This document shows, piece by piece, positions 53,423 through 64,000 of a stretch of 64,000 nucleotides of DNA. Both the position numbers and the translations under genes were made by a program. Each line of letters opens with the position of its first letter. Position 1 is the stretch's first letter. Under the pieces are notes generated by a model that was not told the DNA's origin, searched no databases, and saw only the letters and a program-made list of their open reading frames with translations. Origin of the DNA: Macrostomum lignano (lineage: Eukaryota); NCBI GenBank assembly GCA_002269645.1, contig NIVC01001138.1, positions 1 through 64,000 on the forward strand. The letters are read 5' to 3'.

Positions 53423-53477
<55 letters not shown>

Positions 53478-53550
53478 CGAATCAATCAATCAATCAATCA
53501 ATCAACCAATCAATTAATCAATCTATCAATTTACGAGTCTATCAATCTGT
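52985..53550. repeat. (CAAT)n microsatellite
   Basis: Read directly. Confidence 0.94.
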
Positions 53551-53600
53551 CAGCCTATCAGTCCACCCAGCATCAACCGCAGCCGCACCAAAACCCGCAG

Positions 53601-54082
53601 GCCACAATCTCATTCCACCGAATGCTGGCCATCCGGTATCCCCTGAAAATCCGCCACCTGCTGACGGTGCGTCGCACCCGCGCCATCCTGGCTGGCCTGT
53701 CAGCCCTGGTGGCAGCGTACGCCCTGGTCATACCTGTCTGCCACACCTGGAAATCCTCAATCAGAGCCGCCCAGCTCCACCAGCACAGCAGCGGCCAGCA
53801 GCAATGCGACAAGGAGGACAGAAAATTTATAATCTACTATTCGCACGGACTATTCGGTTCGATTGCTCCGTTCTTCATCATGATTCTGTGCACCAGTGTG
53901 ATCATCTATCTGGTGTGCCAGACCAGGCGGGATGTTGCGTCAACATTAGAGCAGCTGAGCGCTAAGCAGACCAGGACTCTCCGAGCTGCTCACAGGCTGA
54001 CAACAGCTGCTGGAAGCGCGGCCACTGCAGCTGGTGCTGCTGATAAGCCCCTGGCCGGAGGAGCCAGCGGTTCCGGTGTGAG
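53601..54082 (+). CDS. GPCR exon 2 (end of TM3, TM4, TM5, start of ICL3)
   Basis: CCCGCAG|ATISFHRMLAIRYPLK continues TM3 in phase 0 (DRY-equivalent HRM; AI.YP); TM5 FGSIAPFFIMILCTSVIIY; donor GAG|GTAGCC in phase 2. Confidence 0.88.
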
Positions 54083-54199
54083 GTAGCCAAGCCTGAATTG
54101 CTTTTAATCCTCTTTTTTCCTAGCTGCTCTCAAATATTTTGTTTGTTCTGTAATAGATTACTTATTTCAGTAGTTGATGACTTTGCACTCATTGTGAAT

Positions 54200-54850
54200 A
54201 GTTTGGAGCCATTGGTGATAGTTTAGCGTCATTTTGGATAGTTTGGCGCTATTGGTGATAGTCTAGCGCCATTGGTGATAGTCTAGCGCCATTGGTGATA
54301 GTCTAGCGCCATTGGTGATAGGTTGGCGCCATTTTGGATATTTGGCGCCACTGGTGATAGTTTGGCGCCATTGGTGATAGTTTGGCGCCATTAGTGAAAG
54401 TTTGGCGTGGTTAGTGATATGTTGGCACTATTGATGATAGCTTGGCGCCAATTATGATAGTTTGGCGCCATTTATGATAATTTGGCGCCATTAAGGATAG
54501 TTTGGCGCCATTAAGGATACTTGGCCCCAATAAGGATAGCTTGGCGCCATTAGGGATAGTTTGGCGCCATTAAGGATAGTTTGGTGCCATTGGTGGTATT
54601 TTGGCGCCATTAGGGATAGTTTGGCGCCGTTAGTGATAGTTTGGCTCCATTGGTGATAGTTTGGCGTGGTTGATGATATGTTGGCGCTATTGGTGATAGC
54701 TTGGCGCCAATTATGATAGTTTGGCGCCATTAAGGATAGTTTGGCGCCATTGGCAAAAGTTTGGCGCCATTGGTAAAAGTTTGGCGCCATTGGTGATACT
54801 CTGGCATCATTGGTGATAGTTAAGCGCTTCTCAAGCTATTTTGGCGCCAA
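54200..54850. repeat. 20-bp intronic minisatellite (AGTTTGGCGCCATTGGTGAT)n
   Basis: Read directly. Confidence 0.92.
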
Positions 54851-54915
54851 AGAAGAAAATGCTGGCACATGTCAACCCGGTCAATCCAATGCCACTTGCA
54901 ATTTTATATACTCAG

Positions 54916-55266
54916 ACTCAACAAGACTCAACAATCACCGGCTGTGGGACCGGTGGGCGGCAGCGAGAAACGAGTCACGCTGGTCCTCGTCCTGATGAAT
55001 CTCACCTACTTTCTCACCAACGGGTTCGCTGGCTTATTCCTCATCTCGAAGGTGCACCTGGCCAGCGGCAGCGACTTCGCCCTGCTGTGGGCCACTCTGC
55101 ACCGCTTTGCTGACGTGTGCGCCTGCTTGAACAACAGCACCAACTGGGTTTTCTACCTGCTGACTGGGAGGAAATTCCGGCAGCAGTTTCTGCGCGTTCT
55201 TCGATGCAGCCCCGATGCCGTGGCTTTGCAGCAGCAGCAGCAGCAGCGACAGCAGCAGACTAAAAG
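54916..55266 (+). CDS. GPCR exon 3 (TM6, TM7, helix 8, polyQ)
   Basis: CTCAG| acceptor in matching phase 2; EKRVTLVLVLMNLTYFLTN (TM6), CLNNSTNWVFYLLTGRKFRQQF (TM7/helix 8); donor AAG|GTGAGA. Confidence 0.88.
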
Positions 55267-55284
55267 GTGAGAAACTAAAAAAGT

Positions 55285-55480
55285 GGCAAATCTGACACCC
55301 ACAGTGAGTCAAATCTGACACCCACAGTGAGTCAAATCTGTCACCCACAGTGAGTCAAATCTGACACCCACAGTGAGTCAAATCTGTCACCCAAAAAGTT
55401 TTAAATTTGACACCCAGAAAGTATCAAATCCGACACCCTTAAAGTGCCAAATCTGACACCCTAAAAGTTTCAAATATGAC
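55285..55480. repeat. 23-bp intronic minisatellite (AATCTGACACCCACAGTGAGTCA)n
   Basis: Read directly. Confidence 0.88.
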
Positions 55481-55502
55481 ACCTGTCCATCTTGTCAAAT
55501 AG

Positions 55503-55755
55503 ATCTACGAAAGTAACTCGCTCACAACCCCCGCCACTGCACAGACAAGCTCAACAGCAGCATTCAACAACGAAAGCAGCTGGAGGCACCAACGGATCCG
55601 AAGCAGGCAAGATCGTCAAGCATCAGCAACACGCGGTGGACATCGAAACTAAGGCGCCACTACTGCCAACACAGCGAAATCCCAATCATTGTCAAGAAAT
55701 CATCTCTCCCAGCGGTCAGAACCCATCTGCTGCTGACTACATTTCTACAGTGTAA
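55503..55755 (+). CDS. GPCR probable terminal exon 4 (C-terminal tail)
   Basis: TCTTGTCAAATAG| acceptor in matching phase 2; open to TAA at 55755; low-complexity S/T/Q tail. Confidence 0.65.
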
Positions 55756-56087
55756 CAGACAACACAGACAGCCAGCCACTGAAATCTACAATGACTTCAA
55801 ACTCTTTTGACAAGCAAGTTTGCTTAATTTGCACCGCTCAGTCGAATGTAAATACAGTAGTATTTAGAAGCACATCAGCAACAGTAACTATATATGATGC
55901 CCAATATTATATAGATTACACAATGTATATGCATAATAGAGCACCATATACCTCACGTGTGAAATAACACATATTCATTCACTCACCCTTATTTATTGTT
56001 AATTTCACTACACACTTCTAATAGAATTGTACAGTAATAAAAAAGCAAATATTTTGAGTTTCATACTGGTTTATTTAAATTGAAGAC

Positions 56088-59000
56088 AGCTGACAATGGT
56101 CAAGACAAACCTGAAGACAGGTGACAATGGCCAAGACACACCTGAAGACAGATGACAATGGCCAAGACACACCTGAAGACAGATGACAATGGCCAAGACA
56201 AACCTGAAGACAGGTGACAATGGCCAAGACACACCTGAAGACAGATGACAATGGCCAAGACACACCTGAAGACAGGTGACAATGGCCAAGACACACCTGA
56301 AGACAGATGACAATGGCCAAGACACACCTGAAGACAGGTGATAATGGCCAAGACACACCTGAAGACAGGTGACAATGGCCAAGACACACCTGAAGACAGA
56401 TGACAATGGCCAAGACACACCTGAAGACAGATGACAATGGCCAAGACACACCTGAAGACAGGTGACAATGGCCAAGACACACCTGAAGACAGGTGACAAT
56501 GGCCAAGACACACCTGAAGACAGGTGACAATGGCCAAGACACACCTGAAGACAGGTGACAATGGCCAAGACACACCTGAAGACAGATGACAATGGCCAAG
56601 ACACACCTGAAGACAGATGACAATGGCCAAGACACACCTGAAGACAGATGACAATGGCCAAGACACACCTGAAGACAGGTGACAATGGCCAAGACACACC
56701 TGAAGACAGGTGACAATGGCCAAGACAAACCTGAAGACAGGTGACAATGGCCAAGACACACCTGAAGACAGGTGACAATGGCCAAGACACACCTGAAGAC
56801 AGGTGACAATGGCCAAGACAAACCTGAAGACAGGTGACAATGGCCAAGACACACCTGAAGACAAATGACAATGGCCAAGACACACCTGAAGACAGGTGAC
56901 AATGGCCAAGACACACCTGAAGACAGGTGACAATGGCCAAGACACACCTGAAGACAGATGACAATGGCCAAGACACACCTGAAGACAGATGACAATGGCC
57001 AAGACACACCTGAAGACAGATGACAATGGCCAAGACAAACCTGAAGACAGATGACAATGGCCAAGACAAAGCTGAAGACAGATGACAATGGCCAAGACAA
57101 ACCTGAAGACAGATGACAATGGCCAAGACACACCTGAAGACAGATGACAATGGCCAAGACACACCTGAAGACAGGTGACAATGGCCAAGACAAACCTGAA
57201 GACAGATGACAATGGCCAAGACACACCTGAAGACAGGTGACAATGGCCAAGACAAACCTGAAGACAGGTGACAATGGCCAAGACACACCTGAAGACAGAT
57301 GACAATGGCCAAGACACACCTGAAGACAGATGACAATGGCCAAGACAAACCTGAAGACAGATGACAATGGCCAAGACAAACCTGAAGACAGATGACAATG
57401 GCCAAGACACACCTGAAGACAGATGACAATGGCCAAGACAAACCTGAAGACAGATGACAATGGCCAAGACAAACCTGAAGACAGATGACAATGGCCAAGA
57501 CACACCTGAAGACAGATGACAATGGCCAAGACAAACCTGAAGACAGGTGACAATGGCCAAGACAAACCTGAAGACAGATGACAATGGCCAAGACACACCT
57601 GAAGACAGATGACAATGGCCAAGACACACCTGAAGACAGATGACAATGGCCAAGACAAACCTGAAGACAGATGACAATGGCCAAGACAAACCTGAAGACA
57701 GATGACAATGGCCAAGACAAACCTGAAGACAGATGACAATGGCCAAGACAAACCTGAAGACAGATGACAATGGCCAAGACACACCTGAAGACAGATGACA
57801 ATGGCCAAGACAAAGCTGAAGACAGATGACAATGGCCAAGACAAACCTGAAGACAGATGACAATGGCCAAGACACACCTGAAGACAGGTGACAATGGCCA
57901 AGACAAACCTGAAGACAGATGACAATGGCCAAGACAAACCTGAAGACAGATGACAATGGCCAAGACACACCTGAAGACAGATGACAATGGCCAAGACACA
58001 CCTGAAGACAGATGACAATGGCCAAGACACACCTGAAGACAGATGACAATGGCCAAGACACACCTGAAGACAGATGACAATGGCCAAGACAAACCTGAAG
58101 ACAGATGACAATGGCCAAGACAAACCTGAAGACAGATGACAATGGCCAAGACAAACCTGAAGAAAGATGACAATGGCCAAGACACACCTGAAGACAGATG
58201 ACAATGGCCAAGACAAACCTGAAGACAGATGACAATGGCCAAGACAAACCTGAAGACAGATGACAATGGCCAAGGCACACCTGAAGACAGATGACAATGG
58301 CCAAGACAAACCTGAAGACAGATGACAATGGCCAAGACACACCTGAAGACAGATGACAATGGCCAAGACAAACCAGAAGACAGATGACAATGGCCAAGAC
58401 AAACCTGAAGACAGATGACAATGGCCAAGACACACCTGAAGACAGATGACAATGGCCAAGACAAACCTGAAGACAGATGACAATGGCCAAGACACACCTG
58501 AAGACAGGTGACAATGGCCAAGACACACCTGAAGACAGATGACAATGGCCAAGACAAAGCTGAAGACAGATGACAATGGCCAAGACAAACCTGAAGACAG
58601 ATGACAATGGCCAAGACAAACCTGAAGACAGATGACAATGGCCAAGACACACCTGAAGACAGGTGACAATGGCCAAGACAAACCTGAAGACAGATGACAA
58701 TGGCCAAGACACACCTGAAGACAGGTGACAATGGCCAAGACACACCTGAAGACAGATGACAATGGCCAAGACACACCTGAAGACAGATGACAATGGCCAA
58801 GACACACCTGAAGACAGATGACAATGGCCAAGACAAACCTGAAGACAGATGACAATGGCCAAGACAAAGCTGAAGACAGATGACAATGGCCAAGACAAAC
58901 CTGAAGACAGATGACAATGGCCAAGACACACCTGAAGACAGATGACAATGGCCAAGACACACCTGAAGACAGGTGACAATGGCCAAGACAAACCTGAAGA

Positions 59001-60540
59001 CAGATGACAATGGCCAAGACACACCTGAAGACAGGTGACAATGGCCAAGACAAACCTGAAGACAGGTGACAATGGCCAAGACACACCTGAAGACAGATGA
59101 CAATGGCCAAGACACACCTGAAGACAGATGACAATGGCCAAGACAAACCTGAAGACAGATGACAATGGCCAAGACAAACCTGAAGACAGATGACAATGGC
59201 CAAGACACACCTGAAGACAGATGACAATGGCCAAGACAAACCTGAAGACAGATGACAATGGCCAAGACAAACCTGAAGACAGATGACAATGGCCAAGACA
59301 CACCTGAAGACAGATGACAATGGCCAAGACAAACCTGAAGACAGGTGACAATGGCCAAGACAAACCTGAAGACAGATGACAATGGCCAAGACACACCTGA
59401 AGACAGATGACAATGGCCAAGACACACCTGAAGACAGATGACAATGGCCAAGACAAACCTGAAGACAGATGACAATGGCCAAGACAAACCTGAAGACAGA
59501 TGACAATGGCCAAGACAAACCTGAAGACAGATGACAATGGCCAAGACAAACCTGAAGACAGATGACAATGGCCAAGACACACCTGAAGACAGATGACAAT
59601 GGCCAAGACAAACCTGAAGACAGGTGACAATGGCCAAGACAAACCTGAAGACAGATGACAATGGCCAAGACACACCTGAAGACAGGTGACAATGGCCAAG
59701 ACACACCTGAAGACAGATGACAATGGCCAAGACAAACCTGAAGACAGATGACAATGGCCAAGACACACCTGAAGACAGATGACAATGGCCAAGACACACC
59801 TGAAGACAGATGACAATGGCCAAGACACACCTGAAGACAGATGACAATGGCCAAGACACACCTGAAGACAGATGACAATGGCCAAGACAAACCTGAAGAC
59901 AGATGACAATGGCCAAGACAAACCTGAAGACAGATGACAATGGCCAAGACAAACCTGAAGAAAGATGACAATGGCCAAGACACACCTGAAGACAGATGAC
60001 AATGGCCAAGACAAACCTGAAGACAGATGACAATGGCCAAGACAAACCTGAAGACAGATGACAATGGCCAAGACACACCTGAAGACAGATGACAATGGCC
60101 AAGACAAACCTGAAGACAGATGACAATGGCCAAGACACACCTGAAGACAGATGACAATGGCCAAGACAAACCTGAAGACAGATGACAATGGCCAAGACAA
60201 ACCTGAAGACAGATGACAATGGCCAAGACACACCTGAAGACAGATGACAATGGCCAAGACAAACCTGAAGACAGATGACAATGGCCAAGACACACCCGAA
60301 GACAGGTGACAATGGCCAAGACACACCTGAAGACAGATGACAATGGCCAAGACAAAGCTGAAGACAGATGACAATGGCCAAGACACACCTGAAGACAGAT
60401 GACAATGGCCAAGACACACCTGAAGACAGATGACAATGGCCAAGACACACCTGAAGACAGATGACAATGGCCAAGACAAACCTGAAGACAGATGACAATG
60501 GCCAAGACAAACCTGAAGACAGATGACAATGGCCAAGACC
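56088..60540. repeat. 31-bp satellite (GACAGRTGACAATGGCCAAGACAMACCTGAA)n, ~143 copies
   Basis: Period of 31; gives three ~1480-aa stop-free minus-strand ORFs with a 31-aa period (3 monomers). Confidence 0.98.
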
Positions 60541-61529
60541 TTAATCTCAAGTTACAAAGAACTAAAAAAAGCAAGCAATTAAGCCCCGATGTGAAACTTT
60601 AGGCATAAATTAAGCGGATAAAAAGCAATGAGAGCTAAACAATCATTCAAACAAATATATATTTAGAAAACGAAGCTTTTATACTTAACTAAAAAACAGT
60701 TAAAACACCGAAGGCTCCGCAGTCATCATGAATTTAATGACAACAGTTTCTTATAAAAAACAAATAAAAGATAAAGTTTTGCTTCTAATGCTTTCGCAAA
60801 GATTAGCAATACACTGTAAATTAAAAAGTTCTCCGTGGCACCAAAAACTAGTCATTAGTAAACAAAGACTACTGTTGGAATAAGGCTTGTAGCGCTTTGG
60901 CTTATGATGCAAAATTTAGCATGTATTGTTGGTATTAGAGTCAATAACTATTGATTAAAAAGCAAAGGTAAAAATCAATGGCCATTTGTAACTGGTTGTA
61001 CAATACTCATATAATATAGTATAGATCTACTCTCACGCCCTATTGCAGTGTCTGCGCTTTCCTTAATATACTACTGTTCAATATACTGCAAGTAGCAAGT
61101 AGTGCGGTATAAAAATAGCAAAGGAAATATGTAATAAAAAAACATAAAAAACAATCAAACAGAATACACTGGTATGAATCTATAAAAAAAGCTATTAAAA
61201 AGTTGAACTTCAAAAATGAACCAATAATTTTGTACAGAATTTCAGAACTAAGCAGTTCCTGTGGATTCGTGGAATGAATATTTATTGTAAAGCTACTTTA
61301 AGATCTTGGATATTTCAATAGAGTGTAAGAGACATATTTCACTGGGAAAACGTAATGTACTTAAAAAAAGATCTGCATTTAAGTACAGTTGAAATCTAGC
61401 AGATTTGATGCAGCAGTGAAGTACAGAGCGTGTATTGAAATCTAATATTTGACAAATTAATGACTGATAAGATTGAAGTACTCAGAGATCACTGAGGAGT
61501 AAAAACCGTGATGGCTGAATAAATAAGCC

Positions 61530-62545
61530 AGAGATATACAGAAAGGAGAGACTGATAAGGAGGCGAAAAGGAGGGAGATAGAAGGAGAGAGGGGAGAGTG
61601 GAAAAGAGAGATGTGGAAAATAGGGGAAAAGGGGACGATGGGAAGAGAGGGAGGGGTAGCGATTAGAGGAAGAGAGGGAGAGTTGGAAAGAAGACAGAGA
61701 GATGAGACGTAGAGAGAGAGGAGGCGAGAGGGAGAGGGAGAGGGGGAGAAGAGGGAGAGAGAGAATAGAGGAAGAGAAGAGATGAGACGGGAGAGGAAGT
61801 CGGCGAAAGGCGTAGAGATGAGAGGAAGAGAGATTAGAGGGAGAGATGACGGGAGATGAGGGAGAGAGATGCGAGGAAGAGATGAGAGGGGGAGATGAGA
61901 GGGAGAGATGAGAGGGGGAGATGAGGGGAGATGAGGGAGAGATGAGAGGGGGAGATAAGGGGAGATGAGGGAGAGATGAGAGGGGGAGAGATGAGAGGGG
62001 AAGAGATGAGAGGGGGAGAGATGAGAGGGGAAGAGATGAGAGGGGGAGAGATTAGAGGAGGAGAGATGGGAGGGAGGGAGATGAGAGGGGTAGAGATGGG
62101 AGGGGGAGAGATGAGAGGGGAGAGATGAGAGGGGGAGAGATGAGAGGGGGAGAGATAAGTGGGGGAGAGATGAGAGGGGGAGAGATGAGAGGGGAGAGAT
62201 AAGAGGGGAGAGATGAGAGGGGGAGAGATAAGAGGGGGAGAGATGAGAGGGGGAGAGATAAGAGGGGGAGAGATGAGAGGGGAGAGATAAGAGGGGGAGA
62301 GATGAGAGGGGGAGAGATAAGAGGGGGAGAGATAAGAGGGGGAGAGATAAGAGGGGGAGAGATGAGAGGGGGAGAGATAAGAGGGGGAGAGATAAGAGGG
62401 GGAGAGATAAGAGGAGGAGAGATAAGAGGGGGAGAGATAAGAAGGGGAGAGATGAGAGGGGGAGAGATAAGAGGGGGAGAGATAAGAGGGGGAGAGATAA
62501 GAGGGGGAGAGATAAGAGGGGGAGAGATGAGAGAGAGGGAGATGA
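61530..62545. repeat. GA-rich tract / 15-bp (GAGAGGGGGAGAGAT)n repeat
   Basis: Read directly. Confidence 0.92.
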
Positions 62546-63134
62546 AAGAGAACTCAAAAGAGGAGCAGAATTAGAAACGCATTGAGCAACTTATGAAGCC
62601 TGAATCGCACAGAAATGAAAGAAGCGATGCTCTCACACCTCACATGAGACTTAAAACTGGCAATTTGCTGCGCAACAAAAATTAAGGAGCCAATTGTTGA
62701 TAGACAATTCTCAACACCGTCATTCCGAATACAGGCACCCGTCAACTTTAAATTTATTATAAATCTAATTCAATACAAACAAGTTAGCACTGTTTTGTTA
62801 TAATAGAAAATTATTGATCAATTTTTACATGTACAACAAAAATAAATAAAATCCATGCAATATTTATTAATCAAAAGAATCAATATATTTAATTAGCAAA
62901 TATGACCTAACACACTTCAGTATTGTTAGTAAAGTTATTTACACTAAATATCGCTTGGAACAAATATACTGATAAAATTTAATAATCCCACTAACCCTAT
63001 GAAAACTACCCCAGGTTCTTTACGCAGGAAGGTTCTGAGTGAACACCCTGGCGCACCACAACCAGCGCTAAGGCGCTAAGATGAACCTTCAAAATAATAC
63101 GCGAAAATCGTGTTTCCTTCTTGAAAATCGATAT

Positions 63135-63730
63135 CTAATCTATCAGATCCTATATCTAATCTATCAGATCCTATATCTTATCTGTCAGATCTATATCTAA
63201 TCTATCAGATCCTATATCTAATCTATCAGATCCTATATTTAATCTCTCAGATCCTATATCTAATCTATCAGATCCTATATCTAATCTATCAGATCCTATA
63301 TCTAATGTATCAGATCCTATATCTAATCTATCAGATCCTATATCTAATCTATCAGATCTATATCCAAACTATCAGATCTATATCTAATCTATCAGATCTA
63401 TATCTAATCTATCAGGTCTATATCTAACCTATCAGATCTATATCCAAGCTATCAGATCCTATATCTTATCTATCAGATCCGATATCTAATCTATCAGATC
63501 CGATATTTAATCTCTCAGATCCTATATCTAATCTATCAGATCCTATATCTAATCTATCAGATCCTATATCTAATCTATCAGATCTATATCCAAACTATCA
63601 GATCTATATCTAATCTATCAGGTCTATATCTAATCTATCAGGTCTATATCTAATCTATCAGGTCTATATCTTATCTATCAGATCCGATATCTAATCTATC
63701 AGATCCGATATCTAATCTATCAGATCTATT
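63135..63730. repeat. 20-21-bp minisatellite (TATCTAATCTATCAGATCCTA)n
   Basis: Read directly. Confidence 0.93.
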
Positions 63731-64000
63731 TTCAAACGAATCACGGATGCTTTTATCGCTAAGATGCTCTCTTGAAACGACAGGGCGAAGATCGTGCTTG
63801 TCATTTATGTCAACAACAGTGATAATAATTTAATCTCTTTGTCTAGTCCTTGGCTGGAGACTGCGGCGGCCGCCTGCCTCCAACAGAAGTTGCTACAGAA
63901 GCCGAGCTAACATTCGACTTCTGACTTTCGCCTCTAGTCAGCGAAGCTGTCTGTCGTTTAACCGTAACTGTCGGTCCCGAGTTCGAATCTATACGACGAA

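Noticed and set aside
56071-60574. Three ~1480-aa ORFs on the minus strand
   Set aside because: All three frames give the same 31-aa cycle because the 31-bp monomer lacks stops on that strand; this is a satellite artefact.
63930-63995. tRNA-like stretch with B-box GTTCGAATC at the window end (also GGTTCGAGTC near 26528)
   Set aside because: I could not build a cloverleaf or paired acceptor stem. It may be a degenerate tRNA-derived SINE head; tRNAscan-SE or a Dfam search is needed.

Overview
Eukaryotic, very repeat-rich animal DNA. GT-AG introns, GC-rich exons and abundant mini/microsatellites suggest a flatworm such as Macrostomum; this taxon call is inference only. Genes I can support: (1) two tandem, intronless DEG/ENaC channel paralogues (1146-2702, 3716-5352), each broken only by small (1-2 nt) indels; (2) one caveolin locus in which three divergent N-terminal coding exons (12447-12836, 16419-16796, 19064-19234) each end in the D-x-x-(N/T)RD-x4-N-x-H-x-(K/N) motif with a phase-0 GT donor, ahead of two shared exons (19326-19403, 20411-20674); (3) a PP2C-like CG9801-family gene (36121-37803); (4) a four-exon rhodopsin-type peptide GPCR (42817-55755) whose 10.4-kb first intron holds an antisense WH1/EVH1-domain gene (48076-48972). 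Mobile DNA: an internally deleted P-superfamily transposon with 35-bp TIRs and a 7-bp TSD (10305-12290), about 55 bp upstream of the caveolin TATA; a very young Mag-type Ty3/Gypsy element with identical 222-bp LTRs (27082-31635) inserted in a CT tract; and an LTR-like insert in a (GATT)n tract. Most long ORFs in the supplied track are translations of tandem repeats. The strongest candidate for an undescribed system is the variable-first-exon/constant-core caveolin locus. All calls were made by eye, with no database searches.
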